64,000 nt of DNA from Octopus vulgaris (taxonomy: Eukaryota): positions 64,046,001 through 64,110,000 of the forward strand of contig OX597815.1 of the NCBI GenBank assembly GCA_951406725.2, given 5' to 3'. Below are positions 1-12,159 of this stretch, in pieces. The position numbers were made by a program, and so were the translations under genes. Numbering within the stretch: the first letter of the stretch is position 1; each line of letters begins with the position of its first letter. Under the pieces are notes generated by a model. That model did no database searches and was not told the DNA's origin. It worked only from the letters and a program-made list of their open reading frames with translations.

Positions 1-60
1 TATATATATATATATATACTTGTATGTATGTATATAGAGGTATGCATTAATATATATATG

Positions 61-103
<43 letters not shown>

Positions 104-127
104 ATGTTTAATATATATATATATATA

Positions 128-194
<67 letters not shown>

Positions 195-516
195 TATGCA
201 TATATGCATATATATACATATTAAACATAATGACACACACACATGCACATGGAGAAAGAAGGAGAGTGAGTGAGAGAGAAAGAGAGAGAGAGCGAGAGAG
301 AGACGGAAAGAATGTGGTAATATATAAAATCATGTAAACATGTAGATAAATGATTAAACAGAAAGACAGATAGGCTAACAGACAAATCGATAACGAGTTA
401 TTTGATCTATATCTGTCTATGTATGTGAGTGTGCGTGTGTAGGACTATGTATGTGACTTAACCAGATTCGGGCTGGACATAGCGATGATAGACAGATGTT
501 TATACGTGATATATTG

Positions 517-722
517 ACTTTTGCACAAGGCCAGTAATTCTACGGGAGGAGATAAGTCGATTTCATCGACTCCAGCGTACAGCTACTACTTATTTTATCG
601 ACCTCGAAAGGATGAAAGCAATGTCGACATCGAAAGCATTTAAACTTGGAACGTAAAGACTACGAAATGCCACTAAGCATTTTTGCTCTGCGCAGTAACG
701 ATTCTACCAGCTTTCCGCCTTA
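517..722 (-). mobile_element. tRNA-derived SINE with Nin-like domain (family 1)
   Basis: Reverse complement reads tRNA-like head (AGGCGG..AGCTGGTAGAATCGTT) then GCTTTCATCCTTTCGAGGTCGATAAAATAAGTA, resembling the Nin domain; more than 10 related copies in the window. Confidence 0.75.
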
Positions 723-740
723 TTTATACCTGAAATATTG

Positions 741-935
741 GTTTCTAATTTTGGCACAAGGTCTACAATTTTAGAGAGGGAGTAAGTCGGTTCCATCGTT
801 TCCAGTGATGAACAGGTGTTTATTTCCTCTAGCCCGGAATTGATGAAAGGCAAAGTTGACCTCGGAACGTAATGGCGGACAAAATACCGCTAACCACTTT
901 GCCTGGCATGGTAACGGTCCTGCAGCTCACGGCCT
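741..935 (-). mobile_element. tRNA-derived SINE with Nin-like domain (family 1), tandem partner of 517-722
   Basis: Same motifs (GAGGTCAACTTTGCCTTTCATC; tail CCTTGTGCCAAAATTAGAAACC). Confidence 0.7.
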
Positions 936-1194
936 TTCATACCTTAAATATTAACACTAAAGTTTAGGTTAGTTATAGATGGGAAACAGAAGTAGGGAGA
1001 GAGAGAGAGAAAGAGTCGGATAGGTAGACACAGAAAGTGAGAGAGGGGGCACGGGGAGAAAGGAAATGATTGAAGAGTTTCTAGTAAGCTACCTGGTGAT
1101 GAGACTAGTAATTTAATGGGTGAAAGCTAACCAAGTTAAAATTAAATTAAGGAACGCACTTAAAAAGGCATCAGATTAAAACAACGATATAGTA

Positions 1195-1585
1195 AGGTGG
1201 CTGTGAACTCAGAAGTTTGCATTCCAACCATATGATTGCGGTTTCAGTTCCACAGCTTTGGTCGGCTCGATGCTATAGTAGAATACACTTGCCCAAGATG
1301 CTACGCAGTGGGACTGAATCCGGAGCCATGTGGTTGGTAATCAAGCTACTTATATATATACTTATATATACATGCGTGTGTATGCGTATGTGTGTGCGTG
1401 TTTATTTTTGTATATGTGTTTGTCCCAACCATCGCTTGACAATTGTTGGTGTGTTTATATCCCCGTAATCCAGCGGTTCGGCCAAAGAGGCTGGTAGCAT
1501 AAGTAACAGGTTTAAAAAAGAATAAGTACTGGGATCGACTCCTTCGACTAAATTTCTTCAGTCTAATGACTGAAACAAGGTAAAA
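1195..1585. mobile_element. Rearranged tRNA-SINE (family 2, CORE-like CTTGGGCAAGT)
   Basis: Plus-strand head ~1195-1255, inverted head ~1257-1352, plus-strand 3' part ~1420-1585; similar to the fuller copy at 61294-61703. Confidence 0.6.
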
Positions 1586-1744
1586 TCAGAATATGGAAGA
1601 CATTGACCTAGAACAGGGATAGTTTTAATATACTCTTCTCTTGAGAAACTTTGTGTGTTAAAAATGCAGAGCTTGTTCAGAATGACATTAGCAAATTGTT
1701 AATGCATTTCAAGTGTATATATTGGACTTAATTAAACTTGGTCA

Positions 1745-2143
<399 letters not shown>

Positions 2144-2210
2144 TCGGGGTGAGTACTTGATAATTATAAGCACCTGTGTATACCGTTTGGTGGTGTAGGT
2201 GGTGGAGTAA

Positions 2211-2299
2211 ATTGATCAAAATAAAAATAAAAACATGAGGCGAAGGATTCAGCGGTACATATGTTTCGGGCCTTTATTAGACAGATTTATAACAAAGCA
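2211..2299. repeat. 89-bp inverted repeat, left arm (partner 4927-5015)
   Basis: ATTGATCAAA...AACAAAGCA is the exact reverse complement of 4927-5015. Confidence 0.95.
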
Positions 2300-2329
2300 T
2301 AATGTATGTCTGTGGCCTTCTTCAGCCGC
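2252..2329 (-). ncRNA. Type I hammerhead ribozyme
   Basis: Minus strand: GCGG-CUGAAGA-AGGCC...(long stem II with ACAGA/UCUGU)...GGCCC-GAA-AC-AUAU-GU-A-CCGC. Stem I GCGG/CCGC, self-complementary stem III ACAUAUGU, predicted cleavage after GUA (between 2256 and 2255). Confidence 0.8.
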
Positions 2330-3712
2330 GCACAACAGCTTCCACAAGGACATGTGTTACATCAAAAATTCTTGGTTGGGGATGCAAATCCTCTCGTTCA
2401 CGTACGACATAATGCGGCAGCAGCATAGAATTGAAGCAATCATCTCTTTCTTCTCTCAATGTAGAATGAGGAAACTTGGATGTTGAGGTAATGTAAATAA
2501 ATAAATACGTATATAGAGGTGAAGATGGAGGGGCGAGAGTTCGGGACGAGGGATAAAAAATATATATAAAAAATGTACGTATAGAATAATATAAAAATGT
2601 AGAGGATAAAGATATAAAGAGTTGTAAGGAGATGTAAAGGGGGTATAAAGAAATATAAAGAAATATAAATAAATGTAAAGGCATAAGGTTGTAAAGTAAA
2701 AATAGAAATGGAAATAATAGTAAAAGAAGTAAAAGAACCTGATAAAAACATGATAAAAGTGTAAAAGAATGTAAAGATAAGGGATGTATAGAGGTCGCGG
2801 ACCAAGCATGGTGGTCAGGAGATTGATAAAACTTAGTTGTAGAACTGTCAGTAAATTAACAGTTTCGTCGTAAATCAGAGCTGATGAGAATTTAATCTGG
2901 TTCTTTTAATTAAATGGACTTCCAGTACATACATATCATCATGGATACATACACCCACATACACGCGTACATATACGTCTCCAAGCCTATAAGCATACAC
3001 ACGCACTCGCGTGTAAACACGTACATAAACACACACGCACCCACACGCACGCGCGCACACACACATACATACAACAGAATATCCGCATATATAGACGGGC
3101 ATTACGCGCGTACACGCTCACATGTATATACGCGCGCCCCTCACTACATACACACACGTATATGCCCACGCCTCTAGGTCTAGGTATAAGGTATTAAAGG
3201 ATGTGTATAAGAACGTATGTAAAGAATCCCGTACTCATGTTAATACGCACACGCACACACGGCTGTGTGTCCGTATGTGCGTGCACATATACACTCATAT
3301 ACACACACAGAGACACACGCGCACATGGGTATAGCCATGAGATATCGAAGTATGCATGTACATATACGCGCGTGCATATGTATGTATGCGCATACACACG
3401 TACGCGGATGCTCGTATACTCAAAAGGCGGATCCATAGGTAAGTAAATAAACATATATAGAGGTGTAAAGCGATAAATGAAAATGAGAGTAAATGGAAGT
3501 AGAATAAAAGTAAAAATAAAATTAAAAATAAAAATAAAAATAAAAGGAAGTAGGATAAAAGTAAAAATAAAAATAAAAATAAAAATAAAATAAAATAAAA
3601 TAAAAAAATAAGGTAAAAATATAATTTTGTAAAGTTTAACATGAGATGGAGGTGGCACACATATATATATATATATGTATATGTACACATACGTACACGT
3701 ATGCACACATAC

Positions 3713-3748
<36 letters not shown>

Positions 3749-3833
3749 ACGCACATATAGGAAAGCGGGATGTGCTGGAGCCGACAGGTTGCACCGGGTG
3801 GGAGGAAATAGCATGGGGGAGTTGGTATAAGAC

Positions 3834-4991
3834 CTAAGCATTGTAGTATTTGAAAGTATTAATAAGTTTATGTATACAGGATGGTTTGAACTCTGACCTT
3901 TTGTTAATAAGATTGTGTTTGTCTTTGAATTTCAAGATGTTCAGGAGTTCTACACAGCATAGTTGGCATCCTGCTCTATTATTTAAATAAGGTGCAGCTG
4001 ATCCGATGATGGACCATCTGAGTTTGAAGCCTATGCATTTGTCTTTTAATTCCCAAATTCTTATAGAGAGGGAGGTGCTGTTAGCCTTATGTCTATGTCT
4101 CAGCGAGGACCGGTGGTTGTAGTATCTGGATTTCCAGGAGGTTGAGCAACCAATATAGGTGAGTGTGTTAAACTGAGTACTCACCTCACATGAGTATATT
4201 ACGTTTTTCGCCCTGCATGCGCCCTGCAGCGGGCACTCTGATGCACATCTGCAGTTGCATTGCATTGCATTATTCGGTCGTGTACTGCTAATCCCAGGCG
4301 GAGGTGTTGCAATGCGAGTGGGGGTGTTGGTGTCCTCCTGGTTGTTGATGGGTGTAGTATTTCCTCTGTTGTGTTGGCGGGTGTTATTACTAACTGCTTG
4401 GGTAGTATGGCTGCCAGTCTGGTTATATTGCCTACTGTCTAGATGAGGGGGGTTCTGTTGGTCGCTATGGTTTGCTCTTGATCTAGCTGTTCTAATATTA
4501 ATATAGTTATGTTTAGCTAGGAGGCAGCTCATGTTGGGCAGGGTAGAGTAGGAAATCCTAATAGTTTTGTTGGAGAAGATACTTCTATATTTGTGGGTGG
4601 GTGGGAAGTTGCTGGAAATTATAGAGAATATTCTCTTACATAACTTACCCCTAACTGCTAAGTTGAAAGGTATGTTGAACCATATATATTTGCGTAATCT
4701 ACTATTATCCCTTCTATTTCTCCTAATAGGATCTATATTGCTCTCGTCGGGAGGGTTACTATTGTGTGCTGTTCTATTAGTTCGCCTATTTCCTATACGT
4801 TGTTTGGAGTTTGAATTAGACTTATCGGTAGTGTGAGTTGAGTGCTGAGTTCGATTATAATTGGGAGTCTTATGGTCGACGGACGCTCCCGGTTGGTCTA
4901 CATATGATATTCTCTGGTTATACCCCTGCTTTGTTATAAATCTGTCTAATAAAGGCCCGAAACATATGTACCGCTGAATCCTTCGCCTCAT
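3834..4991 (-). CDS. PLE ORF C-terminal portion: RT thumb region + Cys-rich zinc motif + GIY-YIG endonuclease (385 aa from the ATG at 4991; RT core absent)
   Basis: WFNIPFN...NFPPTHKYRSIF...ISYSTLPNM...HN thumb-like block; CNCRCASECPLQGAC; VIY...TYIG...SRYYNH...STSLSIRIWELKD...WSII...CQLCCVE...LINKRSE...CIH; no internal stops. Expression unknown. Confidence 0.85.
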   Translation of the reverse strand: MRRRIQRYICFGPLLDRFITKQGYNQRISYVDQPGASVDHKTPNYNRTQHSTHTTDKSNSNSKQRIGNRRTNRTAHNSNPPDESNIDPIRRNRRDNSRLRKYIWFNIPFNLAVRGKLCKRIFSIISSNFPPTHKYRSIFSNKTIRISYSTLPNMSCLLAKHNYINIRTARSRANHSDQQNPPHLDSRQYNQTGSHTTQAVSNNTRQHNRGNTTPINNQEDTNTPTRIATPPPGISSTRPNNAMQCNCRCASECPLQGACRAKNVIYSCEVSTQFNTLTYIGCSTSWKSRYYNHRSSLRHRHKANSTSLSIRIWELKDKCIGFKLRWSIIGSAAPYLNNRAGCQLCCVELLNILKFKDKHNLINKRSEFKPSCIHKLINTFKYYNA

Positions 4992-5011
4992 GTTTTTATT
5001 TTTATTTTGAT

Positions 5012-5015
<4 letters not shown>
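4927..5015. repeat. 89-bp inverted repeat, right arm (inverted pseudo-LTR fragment)
   Basis: Reverse complement of 2211-2299; holds only the GAAAC-ATAT-GTA half of the ribozyme. Confidence 0.95.
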
Positions 5016-5051
<36 letters not shown>

Positions 5052-5055
5052 GTGT

Positions 5056-5267
5056 ATATGTGACCGCGTGTGTACCGTTGGCGATTTTTTTCCTCCGTCT
5101 TACCTTCTTTGGATCTTTCCTTTTCCTATGTTTCCGACGAAGAGCTCCGCTCGAAACGTTAAACCCTCCTTCTTTCCTTCTTTCCTGAGCGTCCAATAAT
5201 ACTATACTTGCTCCACGTCCTCGCGTTGTTGTGTTTTCTCTTTGTGTTTTCATGTTTGGATTAACTA
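5056..5267 (+). mobile_element. ~210-bp non-coding element with minimal hammerhead core, subfamily A
   Basis: GTTT-CCGACGA-A-GAGC-TCC-GCTC-GAAACGTT-AAAC at 5130-5164; flanked by TA-rich repeats; homologous to 6317, 29185 and 32518. Confidence 0.75.
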
Positions 5268-5530
5268 TATATATATATATATATACATATATATAAACAC
5301 AAACGTAAACACACATGTACAAATTTGTGTATAAATATGCTTATAAGCGTACCAATATGTTGCGTACACATACACATGTTTGTGTCTGTTTGTCTGTATG
5401 TATTGACAAAAATTTCATCCGACATTGAAAGTATGCGTGGGCGTATGTGAGTCAGTGCACGTACTATGTACTTCAAAATTAGCCTATGTTAATGCGAGGT
5501 AGTATTCAAAATATTATGCATGTATATGTA

Positions 5531-5622
<92 letters not shown>

Positions 5623-6154
5623 CATATACATATGTGTGTGTGTCTGTTTGTGTGCATGTCGGTGTGTGTGTGTGTGTGTGTCTATGTTGATGTGCATATC
5701 TGTGTGTATGTGCAGGCGTGTTTTCGTACGTATGTAGTATACCCATACGTGGTCCTGAGTGCACGTTCAGTCCGCATGCGTAGGTTTTTGTAGTGCATTA
5801 TTGATTGAGAGTATGTTGTGTGATTACTGAGTCTAATGACCGCCATTATAGCCACGTCTACACGGTTCAAGACGTAGTAATGACTCTTTTATCGATTGTC
5901 GTCTCTATATCTGGTCACTGAAGAACCTACAGGTATATATATTGAGTAGAGATTATATGTGGACATCTATACAACTACACATCCTAGTAAATACAAAAAC
6001 CTCTCCTTTTCATAGCAGACACACAAGGACATATTGGTGCACACACATATACACACAAGGATAACTGGCACACACACGTATACACGAAAACTGCTACACA
6101 TATGCTATAGATATATACATACATATATATATATATTGAGATGGCTAGTATTCC

Positions 6155-6307
<153 letters not shown>

Positions 6308-6316
6308 CATATGTGT

Positions 6317-6524
6317 ATATGTGACTTCGTGAGCACCGCCAGCAATTTTTTTTTCCTCTGTCTTCCCTTCTCGGGATCTTTCCTTCTCCTTTGTTTCCGA
6401 CGAAGAGCTCCGCTCAAAACGTTAAACCCTCCTTCCCTTCTTTCCTGAACGTCCAATAATACTTTATTTGTTCCACGTCCTCGCGTTGCTGTGTTTTTTT
6501 TGTGTTTTCTTGTTTGGATTAACT
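6317..6524 (+). mobile_element. ~210-bp hammerhead-core element, subfamily B
   Basis: Same layout; core at 6393-6427 has GAAA changed to AAAA; TA-rich flanks. Confidence 0.75.
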
Positions 6525-7323
6525 TTATATATATATATATATATTCGACAGAAAGGATTGTGAGGGGAAAACGGAGAGAGAACGGGAAAAAACAGGAGAG
6601 AGAAATGTGTAGGTATTAGCGTTTCAACATGCGATCACCTCAGTAGTACTTCATGCAGGAACCTAAATAACGTAGAGATCGAATAGTGGTGTAAAGATCA
6701 TACACTTTAATTATATACCTATGATTGCTTCAACCAATGAATACTAACTGTCTTCTTGAGCAAAACACTTTATGAGTTCCAAAAATAGCTACGATGTTAA
6801 GCCTATAACAGACCAATGTCCTATTCAGTGAAGCATGTTTTAATCTGTCATTTATACGCCTTGAAATTTGACTTTATGAGTCCTTGGGCTTATGACAGAC
6901 ATAAACCTAAGTAACTCATTAACACATATTCTGACGAAGGGTTTCATTGGTTAGTGTAATCAGAACATGACTGGCACTCAATCGCATCGATCTCAGAAAC
7001 GACTCTGATAGATTTTTAAGACATAACATGAAGGAATGTTACTAAATATAATCATCAAAGTGTCTTTAGCAAAGTATAAAATTAAGCTTGGTTCTTTTTT
7101 GGCGAACTGCGAAACAAATCAACACCGGTTGTCAAGCGGTGCTGGGGGATGGTCAAAAAGAGAAACAGGCACACATGTATGTATGTATGTATGTATGTAT
7201 GTATGTATGTATGTATGTATGTATGTATGTATGTATGTATGTATGTTTGTATGTATGTATGTATGTATGTATGTATGTATGTATGTATGTATGTATGTAT
7301 GTATATATGTATGTATGTATATA

Positions 7324-8095
7324 CAGGGGTTGGTCAAAATAATGGAAACACCTTCAAATTGCAAATTTATTAACAAATTTATTTTAATATCGGGTAGGAC
7401 CGCGTTTAACAGTGATTGCAGCTTGAATTCTACGAGGTATGGACTCGTACAAAGTTTGAATTGTTTCCAAACGAATTTTCTTCCATGCTTCAGCTAAAAC
7501 AGTCTCCTGTTCTTGTAGGGATTATGCTGAAGGATATCGACTCCTTACTTGTTTATATAAAATGCACCATAAATGTTCAATAATATCAAGATCTGGGGAC
7601 TGTGGTCGCCAGATAGGATGTTCAACTTCACTAGAATGTCCCTCGTGCCATTCAGTAAGAACTTCAGCTGTGTGAATTGGTGCATTATCATCCTGAATGA
7701 TTGCGTTTCCCTCCGGAAACAGTTCTGCAACCATAGGATGAATTTAACAGTTGGAAGAAGGCAGTCTGGGTCAAATGCTTCTTTTGGCTGTCCCCACACA
7801 TATACTCGGCCGGTGGTTGGAAATAAGGTAAAGGATGACTCGCCCGAGAAAATAACATTCTTCCACTGCTCTAGGGACGAATTCTGTAGGTTTTTGCCCC
7901 GCTCTAATCGTTTTGAAACGTTTGTTTTTGAAAGTAGTGGTTTTCTGATTGCAGCCTTTCCATGAAATCTGGCTTTGTGCAGCTCCCGGCGAACAGTTTT
8001 CGTGGAAACTTGGTTCTCGAGGTGGTCATTAAGCACAGCAGTAATTTAGGGAGCTGTACTTTTGTGATCCTTTCTAACAATTTGCGTAATGATCT
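7324..8095 (-). mobile_element. Tc1-like transposon remnant (frameshifted transposase, DD36E spacing)
   Basis: TA|CAGGGGTTGGTCAAAATAATGG TIR-like end at 7324; STKTVRRELH..RKPLLS..WKNVIFSGES and QDDNAPIH...WRPQSPDLDIIEHLW in two frames; second TIR not found. Confidence 0.9.
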
Positions 8096-8529
8096 ATTGC
8101 GATTTTCGACGTATATGAATATTTAGTGGCTCTTATTGACCATTTCTTAGAAGTATTGCTATCTAAATCCGTCTATTCTACTACTAAACGAACAAGGACA
8201 AAGTACAGAGTAAAATATCCTTCCCTGAAACATAAATGAATTGTCGGCATTAGATTTGAAATTAAAAGCTCGTACTTTACTGCTGATGTTTTATCGTTTC
8301 ACTGATTTAGCTTCGACTTCATTGAGCTTTCAGCAACGTTTCTCAAGCATTTTTTTTTATCTATGGACCTCTTTGATTTCTATCTTACTCAGATGGACCC
8401 TCTTAGCCATTCAATGTTTAAAAAATCCCTACTATATTTGTTATAATCAATGGTTATTAGAAATTGTATAAAATAATCATTAAAATATTTTCTGTTTTGT
8501 AGAAGTATAACAAATTGATAAATTTTAAC

Positions 8530-8586
8530 AACAAAATCTAATAGGGAACCCCAGGGGCCGTATAGACCCCATTTCGGAACCACTGA
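8530..8586. mobile_element. Possible hAT/Charlie-type terminal fragment
   Basis: Reverse complement begins CAGTGGTTCCGAAATGGGGTC, like Charlie TIRs; partner end not found. Confidence 0.3.
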
Positions 8587-10206
8587 CTTTAATTTTCATG
8601 AAACTTAAATCTTTCGTCAACAGTTCTCTATCCGTTCATTGTTCTTTGTTTATAAATTATCCCATATTCATGTTGAAATCCAGTTCCAGGTATACACTCA
8701 ACACTCTTTTTCACCTTTCAAGTCAGATTAATTATGTACCAATAATACCCAAGGGTCGCTTCACTGGAATATAAACTTTCCTTAACGCATTCCAACGTCT
8801 TATACTTCAAAGGCAGCTAAAAAAGAAAAATGTTCCCCATATACACTTAAACTTTTGACCACCCTATATTCCAATTTCAAACTTTGTTGGGGTGCCAACA
8901 ACGTGCTGCCCTCCAAGACAAGCAAAATCTACATGAGAATTCAGTCAAAGTTGATCTCCTAAATATATCATCGCCGTCTTTGAACACAGTTGAGTTAAAT
9001 GCATTGCTAAACAAATCTGTGACTCAGTTTTTCAGTTTTTTTTCATTGCTTCATTTGTGTTACTTCGCCTTAACTAATTTTATCTTCAGTTATGCTAATT
9101 ATCAAATCCAAGATTATTCGTAACTGTTTTCCGGTAACAACTGATCTGGTTGGTTTAAATAGTCTGTACTATACTGATGAGGCCTAATGGAACAAAACGT
9201 GTCTACACTTGTTCCCCTTGTCTGCAAATATAAGATTTTTTTCTTTTAAATATAAGGAGTTGATACGTAATTTCTTGAAATTGTTTTCATGTTTTAAAAC
9301 TCACTAAGAATTGCTGCCAGAAAAATTTTAATTCATTTCCCTTTGACTTAATTATCTCACTTCATGCCATTGATCTATTTGAGTAATTTCCTTTACCTTA
9401 TTGTGGCGTTAATATTTTAATGATAGACATAAACATAAAATTTTACTTATCCGCATCCTTAAAATGACTAAGGTGTGCAGAGTATGATAAAAAGCCTCAG
9501 ACATTTTATAGGTTGTCAAACATTTCGACGAGAAACACCCAATGTGAACCAGTTTAAACCATAATGGTAACTAGTGCTGTGGGAATGGTAAAACATTAGC
9601 TCTACGAAGACACCAGTGATACCAGCCTAACATCATTAGCACCACACAAATGGCTGTGTAAAATACGAAAGGTTCTTTTTTTTATTACATCCTGTGTTTC
9701 GATTATTTATCTCAAGGAAAGTCATGATTGTCACACGGAAATTATGGAATCCAAATTTATGCAAGGATTATGTAGGAAGAAGGGCAAATATTTTCAAGAT
9801 GGTGTGATGATCTTATGTCACCACAAAACATTTTATTGTGCAGCAGTGGTCAGGAAGATAAAAGCAAAAAACGAAATTGCTTTCTGATAAGCATAGCATT
9901 GTTAGATGGGGGTGGTAAACCCACCATCAAGAGATATTGAAAGGAGCTCTGATATAACTGTGAAATTCATTACCACCACCATCACCACCACCTCCACTAC
10001 TACTATGATGACGATGATGACGATCATGATGATAATGACCACGATGACGGAGACAGGATTAAATTGATAGTAATGTAGAAAACGATGGTAACACTGATGA
10101 TAACGATGACAGTGGGGATTTCCATGTTGTTTTTTTATTGTACAACCCAAGGTAAGCTCTGAACAGACAAACCTATACAACATTGGTAGTTAGTGAAGCA
10201 GAGATG

Positions 10207-10894
10207 GGATCTTTGCTGTTTGGTTGCCAGCGGCTCCAAAAATTAAAGTTTACCGAAATTTTTTTTAATTTGGCACAATAATGCACTTGCCCAAACTGAA
10301 TCGTTGGAGATATTTCATTTTTTACAGAAAAATGTTTTTAAAAAATTATGGAGATTTAAAGATTGATCGTTTTTACCCAATCAGGAAACAGAATTTGGAA
10401 GCTGTCATTTTGTGCGTGACTGCACATTTTGTCGTCAACATACTGAAAATAGCACATGTTGTCAATATTTGTAAACAACACATGTTATGTTTCCGGTAAT
10501 TTTATTTCATGTAAAGAAATCTTATTTAGCTATTACTTTTAGCACACCTCACAAGCACCCCAATGCTCAATGACAAAAAGAAACGAGTAAACAAAATTGC
10601 TGTCAATAGGTGCTTCCTCGGAAACTTTTCAAAAACTGTTACTATGGCATCAGGCAAAAGAGTTCTCATGTTACTATCGAAACGGACATGAATGTGTCTG
10701 TGGCTTACGATTGGCTAAAATTACGAAAATTTTCAAACTTTAATTATTAATAACTCTTTATTTATTGATTTATAGCGAAAACTACTTTCACGTCATTAAT
10801 TTGCCTCTAAATGTGTATCATTACGCTGAATATGAAATCAATTCGAACAGAAAATTGTCGCTGGCAGCCGCTGGCAACCAAACAGAAAAGATCC
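10207..10894. mobile_element. MITE with GGATC termini and 8-bp TSD (Merlin-like)
   Basis: TIRs GGATCTTTGCTGTTTGGTTGCCAGCGGCT / AGCCGCTGGCAACCAAACAGAAAAGATCC; TSD CAGAGATG (10199-10206) vs CAGAGGTG (10895-10902). Confidence 0.75.
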
Positions 10895-11615
10895 CAGAGG
10901 TGTGCCATCCACAAATAGTCTTAGAGACCTCCTATACGACCGTTCGTTAAAACACCCCCACAGTCTCCACCAGCCTCGAGTGGTTTATAGTTTTGGTAGC
11001 ACAGACATGTAACACCAACTGTTCAGTCTCTGGCAATATACCACGTGATTCTGAGATAGAGAAAAGTGACTCTATTAGGGAGTGACAATTAATTTTCTTT
11101 AACATTGTTATTGGTTGTGGCATCTCAGCACAGTATTTAGTGAAAACGAAGTTGGTTATTATTGCTGCTACTGTTGCTGCTGTTTTCTGTATAGGCGTTT
11201 CTGCTTGATTTTTCGGAAGCCCTTTGTGTCTGTGTTTCTAATACATCACTTCCTGTTTATTAAATAAATATTGTCCCTTGAACACTATGCTACACACAAC
11301 TTCAAAGTAATAAAACACTTGTTAATTATACAGTTTCTACCGCCTCGGGGAAAAGCGATAGTTATCTTTAGAGCTGACCATGTATTCTATGTGAGTCTTA
11401 TTCTATATCCTATGGAAGCGTGTATTTTGTCTAATGCATTATATGTGTCTTGTGTATTCTATATTGCTGTATATTCGAAGTAATTTGTATATTCTATGTG
11501 GATGCATATACTATATATGTTCTTTATTCTTTGTAGCTGAGTATATTCTATGTGACTTCATATTTTATGGAGCTTTACATCTGTATCATATCTATAAAAG
11601 GCATGATGTGTGTGA

Positions 11616-11648
<33 letters not shown>

Positions 11649-12159
11649 ATTGCAATTTATGCACATCCACAAATTAGCACGCATGTCGCTCAAAGTTTAG
11701 GAGGACATTCGTCAACATACTATCTGGGTATTGTCAGCTTATTTTTTCCCCCCGGCACCCGCGGATAGCGTAAAAATCTATTTTCAGTCATAGCTTTTAC
11801 CCATAAAATATATCAGCCATATCTCTTTTGAAGGCTTCTAACAAAAAAATAAGATAAAGAAAAGTGGAAGAAGGAGGCAGAGAGTTTCACGGGAAAGACA
11901 AAGTGAGAGAGGAAGAGAGAGAGAGATAAAGTGACGACATTCATAAAAAATAAAATGTAAAATGTTTTGTTTTTTCTTAAACACGAGATATAGCGTTCAA
12001 ATTCAGGATGATTTTGAAAGACACTATATTTTATAATCATAGTATATATACTTTCTCACACAACAATTATAATATATTTATTTTAAATCATTTATTTATT
12101 TTAAATCGTCCATCTTTCTCCCCCACCTCTCTCTCTCTCTCACACACATTACTTTGGGT

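Noticed and set aside
62-337. YI/CV/HT/MYVC/SIYL-repeat ORFs here and throughout the window
   Set aside because: Translations of (TA)n, (TG)n, (TATG)n and (TATC)n, which lack stop codons in some frames
2300-4926. Selenoprotein-type PLE (in-frame UGA plus SECIS, reported for some Naiad elements)
   Set aside because: No in-frame TGA in the surviving ORF and no convincing SECIS by eye; the hairpin at ~2843-2865 is unexplained but not diagnostic
2211-5015. DNA transposon with 89-bp TIRs
   Set aside because: The encoded protein is a GIY-YIG nuclease, not a DDE transposase; the element extends ~70 bp beyond the left arm; the arm is part of a ribozyme-bearing pseudo-LTR
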